From Paraphysomonas bandaiensis (lineage: Eukaryota; Protista; Chrysophyceae), in the NCBI GenBank assembly GCA_965644295.1, contig CBFFRP010000061.1:1-41119 (forward strand): a stretch of DNA of 41,119 nucleotides, read 5' to 3'. The position numbers and the translations under genes were made by a program. Of the stretch, positions 1 to 8,672 are shown piece after piece. The stretch's first letter is position 1, and the number at the start of each line of letters is the position of its first letter. The notes beneath the pieces were generated by a model. It saw only the letters and a list, made by a program, of their open reading frames with translations. It was not told the origin of the DNA and made no database searches.

Positions 1-284
1 AAATGTGAGTGCATACAATGCGATATCAATACAATGATGACATGCAGTGCAAGGCATAGTGTTGTGTACATGCAAGCATACATATAATAATATACACAAT
101 ATGTATCACAAGCAAGAGGTCTCACTCTTCCTAGCGTAGCCCAGATAAATGCAGCTTGCTCCCAACCATAGCTAGCAATCACATGCCCAGGAAGAACAGT
201 TAACGCCAAGGCGTTACACTACCATTTCTCACTCTCTCACACTTCCAAAGCAGACATACTATAGTTTTGCAGCCCCGCTGCACA
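1..284 (-). mobile_element. 5' (U3) end of an LTR related to element N, interrupting the copia-1 RT; continues beyond the left window edge
   Basis: 1-218 aligns by eye to ~37480-37693 (shared ATATAATAATATACACAATATGTATCAC, AGCAAGAGGTCTCA, CTTCCTAGCGTAGCCCA, GCGTTACA). 219-284 resembles 37694-37753 (purine tract plus TGTGCAGC-nnn-GCTGC). Copia RT homology stops at about 285. Confidence 0.8.
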
Positions 285-1928
285 ATGCCGTGCCCCTTTT
301 GCCACTAAATCCATTGCTTCCGCCGGTAGAGGACTCTTCCGTACCTTTCGCGGTGACCCAAGATACTTTTCAAACTTTTCTAAGATCTTAGCCGCATATA
401 CTGATTGGTCAAGACGAATATACTCTGGCGTTCTTGTGACTCGAACATTCAGAAAATGTTCCATCTCGCCCATATCCTTCATATCAAACCGGGCACACAG
501 TTGAGCTTTAATATCCTTCACTATGTTGACATCACGACCTAACACTAGGATATCATCCACATATATCGTTAATAATATCAATTCATCGCCCTTATACTGA
601 TAATACAAACACGGGTCTAATACACATGGTTTAAAATGCATAGATCGTATGAATTTATCCAATGTTTTCCACCACGACCGCGGGGAACTCCGAAGCCCGT
701 ATAACGACTTCTTCAGCTTAAAGCAGTACCCCTCAGGCAGCTGAAAGTCCGGAGTTGCCTTCATATATACGTCCCCCTCTATATCTGCATATAGAAATGC
801 GTTAGACACATCCAGTTGATGAATTACCATGTTCATCACGAAAGCTATGGCGATTAACAGTCGCACTGTTACCCCCTTAACAACGGGTGCGAAATGGTTC
901 GCCCAACCACTCGACTGCTGTCCACAACCGATTGCTACAAGACGAGCCTTATATCGGCGGACCTCTCCCTCCTTATCGTACTTCTTTCCATAGACGTACT
1001 TGGAGTGCAGTGGGACGACTCCGTCCGGTATACGAGTCACCTCCATGGTATCTCGCTTCGCCAAACCCTCTCGCTCTACACGGCGAGCTCGTCTCCACTC
1101 CCTGTGCTCGGCACTCTCCAAGGACTCACGATGTGTCTGAGGCACTGTCGACTCTTCCGCTGACATCCACACTGAGTCTGCCTCCTGTAAAAGGTCACTC
1201 ACATCACTCTCATCACTCAAATGATGGATTTGTCCTAACACCGACACATTCGTTACTGTCCTTGGAGTTCTTGCGCGTTTGCCGTGCGGATGATTCTCGG
1301 CAGGGGTCCCTTCCCCCGAAGGTAATGCTGAGTCAGCCTGGGGCTGCACCTGCCCACTTTCCGACTGCTGTGGCACCACTCCGCTGATACCGCCGTCACG
1401 GTTGTCAGTAACTCTGGCCCTAACCACCCTCTGCGCAAGATCCTCTGTCATCTTCTTGATGTCAGCAATATGAATAGGAGTTTTATCCTCCACTTGAACC
1501 TGGTTACCAGTAACCAACGACCGGTATCCCACAATAAGTCCCTTCCTTATCACCACTCTGTTAGTCTTGTATAGCAGACCACCATCCTCATGGTGCTTTC
1601 CGATAAGATACTCAAACTCACCCGGTTGACGAGCCTCGGGATCTATAGCCACTTGAGCCTCCTCCAGCTCTCTATAATAATCCTGAGACCTCTCAGGTAC
1701 CGATTCATCAAATAATACATGTACAGAGTGTACTACGGTGTCCCCCACTAGCACCTTGTATCCTTTTCGATCAGCTGGATACCCTATGAAATAACCTGTC
1801 ATTGCTTTGTCCTCCCAGTCCTTCCTCCTGTCGGCCTTGGGTGTTAGCACATATGCTTTGCACCCCCATTTCCGTAGCCACGATAGACTGGGAACGCTCC
1901 CCCCTGGGACACACTCATATGGAGACAT
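237..1928 (-). pseudogene. pol: copia-1 pol 3' part: integrase C-terminal SH3-like region, extra domain, and RVT_2-type reverse transcriptase truncated before RNase H
   Basis: WGCKAYV...GYFIGY, YKARLVAIG, QLDVSNAFLYAD, KLKKSLYGLRSSPRSW, IYVDDILV, FDMKDMGE. The last ~15 codons run into the inserted LTR. Confidence 0.93.
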
Positions 1929-1952
1929 CCATCCTTGCCACGTCCGAGTTGG

Positions 1953-3162
1953 TGTAAAGCCGTGGGCTTTTATAACACCCTTTTACACGTTTTATGACAA
2001 AATCATCATAATAATATTGATAACTATATTATTGCAATAACGATATGATAACATAATATGTAGGGTATATGTAGCTGGTTTTGTATGAGATTGACAACAA
2101 AAGACAGATTATTATTAGGAGAGCAAGACAGCAGAGGCTAATAGGATTTACCCTCACTACTAGGGTTTACCCTCGAACACACGTTTTCTTTGGTCTACGC
2201 GATAGCTACCCGTTGGTTTACGCCTATATCCATACGGTAGTCGGTGTCATAGCGTTTTGAGTTAGGAAGCATTGATTGGTACCGCATGTGCGATATTCGT
2301 AGTCCATTCATCATTATGAGAAGCTTTCTGATGGTTTTGAACAGCTCTATGTGCTTGCTCATCGTTCCGGACTATGATATACGATTATTTTCCCATTGCC
2401 ACTCTCCGTTGATTTTCTCCGGAATGGGGAGGAATTCGTAAGGTGCCATTGGACGTAGATGTAGAGGTGTCATGGGCATGTTAGTGATCTGAATATGAGT
2501 GTATTTGTATGGTCCAGTCTAAAGTACACACTCTTGCAAGGAAATGATATTTAACCGTTCGATTGTAAGCTTTTGAACCCGATTGCATTTTGTCGGTATT
2601 ATGCATGAGTTGGCGATTGTGTATTTCACGTTGTCATGAAATGTGCTTGCAATTTTTGTGGATTCGAATATTGTCATTTTGGGTGTTTGTGGCTCGAAAA
2701 TCGGCGATTTTCTGCAATTCTCAAAAAATTGGGGATTTTTGGGGTTTTGGGACTCAAAAATCGGAGGTTTTTGGAAAGGACCTATTTAGGCGTATTTCAG
2801 GGCGTTTTTGACTATAAACGATGTAGGATATGAATCGTATGTAGTGTAGTACATGTATGAGCATATTGTACGGTTGTGGTTGCATTCAATGTCCTGTGTA
2901 TGAGGAGGAGTCTTTAGACTAGGGGTCTGTCTTTTGTTTCGCTTGTAACTTAGTTTTAATAATAATTCTCTATGAAATTAACATAGTTGGTTGACTGATC
3001 TGTCTATTGGGAGCTTTAGATTGCAGGATACAGGGGAGCTTGTGTTTCTGGCTGTTGGTTTCTTAAAGAGTTATTATTATAGCATTCTGTTTTGTTGTTT
3101 CGATAAACAACCATTTCATATCTTTTCAGTGATCTTAGGTTGCAAGACCTGAGTTGTTCATA
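1953..3162 (+). repeat. Gypsy A 5' LTR (TGTAAAGCC...GTTCATA)
   Basis: Direct repeat of 8673-9883 with only a handful of substitutions and indels. Confidence 0.96.
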
Positions 3163-3173
3163 GTAAATTTACT
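3162..3173 (+). promoter_or_regulatory. Palindrome AGTAAATTTACT at the primer-binding-site position of gypsy A
   Basis: Overlaps the last base of the 5' LTR and is its own reverse complement. No TGG complementary to tRNA CCA follows the LTR. Confidence 0.85.
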
Positions 3174-3230
3174 CACGGTAAAACACGTAAGTGAAGATAT
3201 CATTATTGTAGATTATAGATATATATCGAA

Positions 3231-4700
3231 ATGTCTGATTCGGAGGGTCCTGTTGGTTCATCTGAGTTAGATGAAGTTAAGGAAATGTTACGGGGAATTG
3301 CTCTCAATTTGGAGAACGTCACTAAGTTGTGTGTAGCAACTGCCAGTAGGGTAGATAATCTGGAGTCCAGAATGTCTATTAATGAAGAAGTTTTAGTTAA
3401 TGAGCTGGAGGAAGCTCAGAAGGAAGTAGATGAGGCCATCCGTGACCAGCGTGAAGAGCAGCAGGGACATACCAGAGAGAGTGGCAGGGCTGCCGACGAC
3501 AAAGGCAAGAAGAAAGAGCGAAGGACATCTGTATTCATGAGGGAGGCTGAGTCTTCAGAGGGAATGGAGGTTCCAAAGCATGTCATCATCAATGTTGAAA
3601 AGCCATCCCATAAGCATATTTTTCTGGATTCGATGGAGCTTAGTGATTTTACAAAGTTTATCATCCAATGGTTTGAATATGAACAGATCAATGGGATTAA
3701 GCTTGAGCCAGCCCAGATAGTTAGCAGGCGTGTTCGGAACCTGCTTATGTTCAACAATAGCTTGACGGATAAAATGTTTGTTAAGTTGAGTGCTCAGAAA
3801 TTCTGTGAGCTGATGGCTAAGGAGACCAAGGTGTTGTCCAAAGTGGAGTTCATTGAGACTTTACGATACGCGCTGAGATATTTTAAGCCACTGGATTGGA
3901 AATCAGTGCGGCCGAATACACATGAGCTGTTTTTTCAAGAGATTTTGAAGCGAAAGAGTATTTTTATGCGTACGTTTACTATCATGATGGAGGCCAATAG
4001 TACTAAGTGTCCGCCGGTTGGAGGAAAAGAGTTTGGATCGGCTCAAGTATTTTTGGAGTTGATCGACGAGTCTTACAACAAACGAGTTCTGGCTGAGATT
4101 CCAAGGGTGACGGATACTAATTATGGTAATGTTGAAGAGTTTCTGGATACATACGTTTCCAAGGCGAGTGAGCATTATGAGGCGTCCAAGAACATCAGAT
4201 TGGTGCCTTATGAAGGGTCCGATTTCAGTAGGAAGCAAATTCAAAGGAGTTCGAGGAATCGGGACAATGGATACGTTGCAAAGGAGAAACCGAAATCTTT
4301 AAACAACGTGCAGTTTGCGGACCGAGTTGAGGATGATTTCTACAGTGATTTAGATGACAAGGAGGTTGACCCGATAGTTGTGGTCAAGGATGACGGGATG
4401 TCAGATGATGATTTCGAGAATGAGGTTGAGGAGATGTTGCTCGGCGAACCAGAGTCTGATAAGGAAGCTATAGAACAGGTGATGAACCTGGAGAAGACTG
4501 TTAATCCAACCCGTGGTTGCGTTGCGTATGCGTTGTATGGGAACTGCTACAAAGGGAAGGAATGTAAGCATGTCCAGGGTCATAATGGAGCAGTTGCAAC
4601 GGAAACCCGGAAATGGATGATGAAGAAGCTGTCTCAGATGATGGCAGATGATTCCAAAGGGCCGCGAAAGATTTTGCCGAGGCCTGGTGGAGTGACTTGA
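3231..4700 (+). CDS. gag: Gypsy A Gag-like protein (489 aa) with N-terminal coiled coil and C-terminal CCCH-type finger
   Basis: First ORF after the 5' LTR; CVAYALYGNCYKGKECKHVQGH; homologous to the family B ORF at 34277-36085. Confidence 0.88.
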   Translation: MSDSEGPVGSSELDEVKEMLRGIALNLENVTKLCVATASRVDNLESRMSINEEVLVNELEEAQKEVDEAIRDQREEQQGHTRESGRAADDKGKKKERRTSVFMREAESSEGMEVPKHVIINVEKPSHKHIFLDSMELSDFTKFIIQWFEYEQINGIKLEPAQIVSRRVRNLLMFNNSLTDKMFVKLSAQKFCELMAKETKVLSKVEFIETLRYALRYFKPLDWKSVRPNTHELFFQEILKRKSIFMRTFTIMMEANSTKCPPVGGKEFGSAQVFLELIDESYNKRVLAEIPRVTDTNYGNVEEFLDTYVSKASEHYEASKNIRLVPYEGSDFSRKQIQRSSRNRDNGYVAKEKPKSLNNVQFADRVEDDFYSDLDDKEVDPIVVVKDDGMSDDDFENEVEEMLLGEPESDKEAIEQVMNLEKTVNPTRGCVAYALYGNCYKGKECKHVQGHNGAVATETRKWMMKKLSQMMADDSKGPRKILPRPGGVT

Positions 4701-4703
4701 CAA

Positions 4704-7700
4704 ATGTGCGAGGCTAATGGTTCGCAGGATCACGAAGAAATATTGTACGGTTTGAATGATCCTGAGACTGTTAGTCGAGTTTTCCTCAGAAATTTGATGA
4801 ATGTCTGTAATACGCGAGAACGAAAAGACTTGACATTGGCTCATTCTGGGGGAAGCATTGTATGTGATGATAACTATATAATATCTGTGCGTGGAATATT
4901 GTTCGACACTGGAGCCCTAACATCTAACTTCATTTCCAAGGATTTGTTTGAGACGTTTAGAAATCATGTGTGTGAAAACAAAGTCATAAAAAAAGAAACA
5001 GTTATAGGATTTGCCGATAAAACGTCGAGAATGAAGTGTAGTTTTGTAGTGAAATTAAAATTGAGGTTTGAGAGAGAAGACTCCAAGGGAGAGTTCGTGT
5101 TATATGACGGGGATTTCATTGTTGCTGATATGGGTAGCAACGATATTATTATTGGACTTCCGGCTATCGTTAAGGATCTATGGGATTATTTTCTATTTAT
5201 GCTTAAAGGAAGGACTATTGAACGAATTGAATCAGAAGTAAGTTTTATTAAAAGGCGTGAGGACGATGTTACCGAGGATGATTTGTTGTTGAATGCGGTT
5301 GAAGAATTATTGCAGCCGTGGTGTGACAGTAGTAGGGAGGTAGCACCTGAAGAATTGGATGTTCCGGACCCTTCGCAGTTCGGATTTGCCTCAAGTTTTC
5401 TTGGAAAGACTAGAGAGGAAGCTTTGAGCGAGTTCGAGGATATGTTTGGTGAGCACGTGTCTCCAGAGTTCTCAGCAGCGCGACCGGTGCTGGAGTTATT
5501 GAGGACTAAGGGAGTAGAGGTATTTGTTCCAGAGCGGTGGGAAGGTATAAAAGGAGTGGATCCGTTGAACATCAAGTTCGCTGAGAATTTGCCTCCTAGG
5601 ATCAAGCCGAAGGCAAGACCCGTAAATCCTAGATTATATGAGGATGCGGAGAAGGAGTTTAGGAGACTGTGTGGTTACATCTATGTTCCTAGTAGGTCGC
5701 CATGGGCTTCTTGTTTGGTGATCGCGCCAAAAGCCACGAAACCTTTTATTAGGATTTGTGGGGATTACGTGCAAATCAACAAGTACATTCCAAGTCCACA
5801 CTATACAGTTCCTAATGTAAGACATGAGTTGGATCGTATTATTGGCTATAAGATATTTATGGACATTGACCTCACGAATGCGTTCCATCAGATCAGGTTG
5901 CATGAGAACACATCTGAAAAATTGTCAGTTCAAACACCGTGGGGCCAATTTCAGCCTTTATTCCTTCCGGAGGGAGTGTCTCCAGGGATTAGTGTGTTGC
6001 AAGAAGCGGTAGTCAAATTGTTTGGAGATCTGGAATGGGCGCTGTGTATATTTGATAATGTTCTGTTATTGGCACATGATTTTGATGATGCGTATAAGAA
6101 GCTGGAGATTTTCCTGGATAGATGCATTGAACATGGAGTTGTGTTGAAATTTGCAAAGACCTGGTTAGGATTTAGGGAGATCAAGTTTTTTGGCTATTTG
6201 GTAAGGCACAATAGTTTCGAGCTCACGGACGATAGGAAAGAGGCTTTATTGAAGATTCCTTTTCCAGAGAATGGAAATAGATGTAAGAAGATTAGATCTT
6301 TGTTGGGTCTGGGAGTATTCTTTGCTCCATTTGTTCAGAATTACTCAGATTTGGTTAAACATCTTACGGATATGACTAAGAGTAGTTTTAATTGGGAAGA
6401 AACGACATGGCAGCACGATTATAGGCAGGAGTTTGAAAACTATAAGAGTGGTTTGCAACAGTCTTGTGCTTTGTTTTATCCGAATTATGATCTTGAGTGG
6501 ACACTTAGGACAGATGCTAGTGACTATGGAGTGGCAGGCATTCTTTTCCAGACTGTTGAGGGAACTGGGTCTAGTCCGATTCAACAGCAAACTATTGCTA
6601 TCTGTTCCAAGAAATTGTCAGAGCAAGCCTTGAAGTGGTGTACTATTGAGAAGGAGGGTTTTGGTATATTCTATTCAGTCAAGAAATTTTCGTTTTATCT
6701 GAGAGGAAAGAAATTTACAATCGAGACGGACCACAACAACCTTGTGTGGATGGAGGCATCAGAAGTTGCGAAGATAATTCGATGGAGAATTTATTTGCAG
6801 GATTTTGACTTTTTGATTCGTCATATCCCAGGGAAGAACAATGTGGTTGCGGATTGCTTGTCAAGATTGCTGTATTTGTCCGGATTTGTGGACGAAAGTG
6901 ACGATTTCGACTCAGATGAAGTGAACTTCGTGACACTGCATAACATCTTTGAAAAAGACGATTTTGAGGACGACGTTCAAGAGATCGCGCCGCCTACGGA
7001 GGTACAGAGGATAGATTATTATCAGGCTATCAAAGAGGTTCACAACGCGCAAGCAGGACACTGGGGTGCGAAAGAGACGTGGAAACGTCTGTGTAGGCAA
7101 TTTCCGGGACACGGCGTGCCTTTCAAGGTGGTTGCAGACTTCGTGGACGAATGTATCAACTGTCAGAAGAATAGGCGAGAGCTGAAGCAGCGATTGATTC
7201 CTATTACTAGACATTTAAAACCGCCTCATTCCAGGAGTGCTTTGGGAATTGACGCGGTTGCTATTACACCTGTTTCTAAATCTGGTTACACGCATATTGT
7301 GGTCATGGTTAATTTGTTTACGAAATTGGTGTACCTATATGCGGTGAAAGGAATGACAGCTATCAATTTAGCTACAGCAGTGTGGAAGTGCTGGTGTACA
7401 TACGGGCTCACGGATATGATTATATCAGATATGGGTCCTGATCTCAAATCAGAACTTTTCGCAGAACTGGTTAAGTTGTCAGGACTTCGTCATGTTTTTA
7501 GTATTGCCAACAGGCACGTCAACGGATGTGAGCGTATTATTAAGGAAGTGGTTCGTCACATCCGGGCTATTTGTTTTGATAAGAGAATCGAAGCTGATGC
7601 TGTTTTAGAGGACGAACTGTTACTTGCTTCTATCATGTTCATTCTGAATACCCACGAGAGTAGTGAGACGGGGTATTCTGCATTCGAACTGACGTTTGGG

Positions 7701-8642
7701 TCCCAGGATTCCATTTATAAGAATCTTCTGGCCGCCCAGGGGAGAGACAATGATCCGTCTCATCAGCTGTTGAAAAGGCTGAACGATTACTTAGCTCTAG
7801 TTCGCCAGATATCAGCAGATTACCAGAAGTCTCTAGTTGAGAAACGAGCGGAAGCGGGTTTGGATCCTGCCAAACAAAACCAGTATTGTCCAGGCGATTT
7901 TGTTATGTTCGACGCTGGTGCTAAACCACATCCGAAATTATCCTCGAGGATGAAGGGTCCTTTCGAAGTGGTACGGCAATACAAGAATGATGTTCAAATT
8001 CGAAATCTTCTTACCGGGGGAATTCGGGAATACTCTGTCTCTGATCTTGAGCCATTTTTCGGAGATAAGGAATCGGCTATTGAGGCGGCGATGCGAGACC
8101 ATGAACAATTTAAGGTGGAGGAGATTCTTTCATATACGGGAGATTCACGAACCAAATCTACGATGGTCTTCAAGGTGAAGTATGCGGACGGCGATATCTT
8201 GGACATTCCATGGACACCGGATATTCAGTGTGAGGCATATTACGATTTTTGTGAGTCTAGGCCTTACTTGCGACACCTCGCGTACGACTCGTTTACGGCG
8301 AAGCGTTTTATCTCTTCAATGAGGAAGGAGAATATCACAACAGTTTCGGTTGGAGATACTGTCTATGTTGACCTCAGGTTCTATGGTGACCTGTGGTACG
8401 AGAGTCTTGGTTTACCGGATTATGCCACGGCCGCGTATGTCATGGAATTCACGTACACCCATTGGTATCACAAGAATTCCAAACGCAAGATTAGCGCCCG
8501 TTTTAATCTCAACGGTTCCAACTATGCCTTCGACAACTATTTGGTCTATTGTTGGGGGTCCCAGAAGGATTTTGACCCTGCTCGCATGATTTTGGTTGAT
8601 GCGTCGCTCGCTGCGGCTTATCCCAAAATTATTCAGGAGTAG
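4704..8642 (+). CDS. pol: Gypsy A Pol: protease, RT, RNase H, integrase, GPF motif, chromo-like domain, C-terminal extension
   Basis: LFDTGA; SPWAS, ICGDY, DIDLTNAFHQI, IFDN; TDASDYG, EKE, TDHNNL, NVVADCLSR; H-x5-H...CINC, GIDAV, ISDMG, NGCER; KGPF. In frame with gag across a TGA. Confidence 0.95.
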   Translation: MCEANGSQDHEEILYGLNDPETVSRVFLRNLMNVCNTRERKDLTLAHSGGSIVCDDNYIISVRGILFDTGALTSNFISKDLFETFRNHVCENKVIKKETVIGFADKTSRMKCSFVVKLKLRFEREDSKGEFVLYDGDFIVADMGSNDIIIGLPAIVKDLWDYFLFMLKGRTIERIESEVSFIKRREDDVTEDDLLLNAVEELLQPWCDSSREVAPEELDVPDPSQFGFASSFLGKTREEALSEFEDMFGEHVSPEFSAARPVLELLRTKGVEVFVPERWEGIKGVDPLNIKFAENLPPRIKPKARPVNPRLYEDAEKEFRRLCGYIYVPSRSPWASCLVIAPKATKPFIRICGDYVQINKYIPSPHYTVPNVRHELDRIIGYKIFMDIDLTNAFHQIRLHENTSEKLSVQTPWGQFQPLFLPEGVSPGISVLQEAVVKLFGDLEWALCIFDNVLLLAHDFDDAYKKLEIFLDRCIEHGVVLKFAKTWLGFREIKFFGYLVRHNSFELTDDRKEALLKIPFPENGNRCKKIRSLLGLGVFFAPFVQNYSDLVKHLTDMTKSSFNWEETTWQHDYRQEFENYKSGLQQSCALFYPNYDLEWTLRTDASDYGVAGILFQTVEGTGSSPIQQQTIAICSKKLSEQALKWCTIEKEGFGIFYSVKKFSFYLRGKKFTIETDHNNLVWMEASEVAKIIRWRIYLQDFDFLIRHIPGKNNVVADCLSRLLYLSGFVDESDDFDSDEVNFVTLHNIFEKDDFEDDVQEIAPPTEVQRIDYYQAIKEVHNAQAGHWGAKETWKRLCRQFPGHGVPFKVVADFVDECINCQKNRRELKQRLIPITRHLKPPHSRSALGIDAVAITPVSKSGYTHIVVMVNLFTKLVYLYAVKGMTAINLATAVWKCWCTYGLTDMIISDMGPDLKSELFAELVKLSGLRHVFSIANRHVNGCERIIKEVVRHIRAICFDKRIEADAVLEDELLLASIMFILNTHESSETGYSAFELTFGSQDSIYKNLLAAQGRDNDPSHQLLKRLNDYLALVRQISADYQKSLVEKRAEAGLDPAKQNQYCPGDFVMFDAGAKPHPKLSSRMKGPFEVVRQYKNDVQIRNLLTGGIREYSVSDLEPFFGDKESAIEAAMRDHEQFKVEEILSYTGDSRTKSTMVFKVKYADGDILDIPWTPDIQCEAYYDFCESRPYLRHLAYDSFTAKRFISSMRKENITTVSVGDTVYVDLRFYGDLWYESLGLPDYATAAYVMEFTYTHWYHKNSKRKISARFNLNGSNYAFDNYLVYCWGSQKDFDPARMILVDASLAAAYPKIIQE

Positions 8643-8653
8643 CTACGGCATCC

Positions 8654-8672
8654 GGGGGGGGAGAAAGGGTAA
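8654..8672 (+). promoter_or_regulatory. Polypurine tract of gypsy A
   Basis: G-run followed by AGAAAGGGTAA directly before the TG of the 3' LTR. Confidence 0.92.

Noticed and set aside
1-300. Copia-1 as an RNase H-less element using the N-type LTR as its own 3' LTR
   Set aside because: RT homology stops abruptly at a TG that matches element N's first LTR-start site, so a nested insertion is simpler. It cannot be fully excluded without the left flank.
4698-4700. UGA as selenocysteine or an alternative genetic code
   Set aside because: No SECIS recognised, and no in-frame UGAs elsewhere in the long intact ORFs.
3416-8206. Antisense and alternate-frame ORFs over gag/pol (also over copia, gypsy B and the host genes)
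   Set aside because: Shadow ORFs of long coding regions with no independent features.
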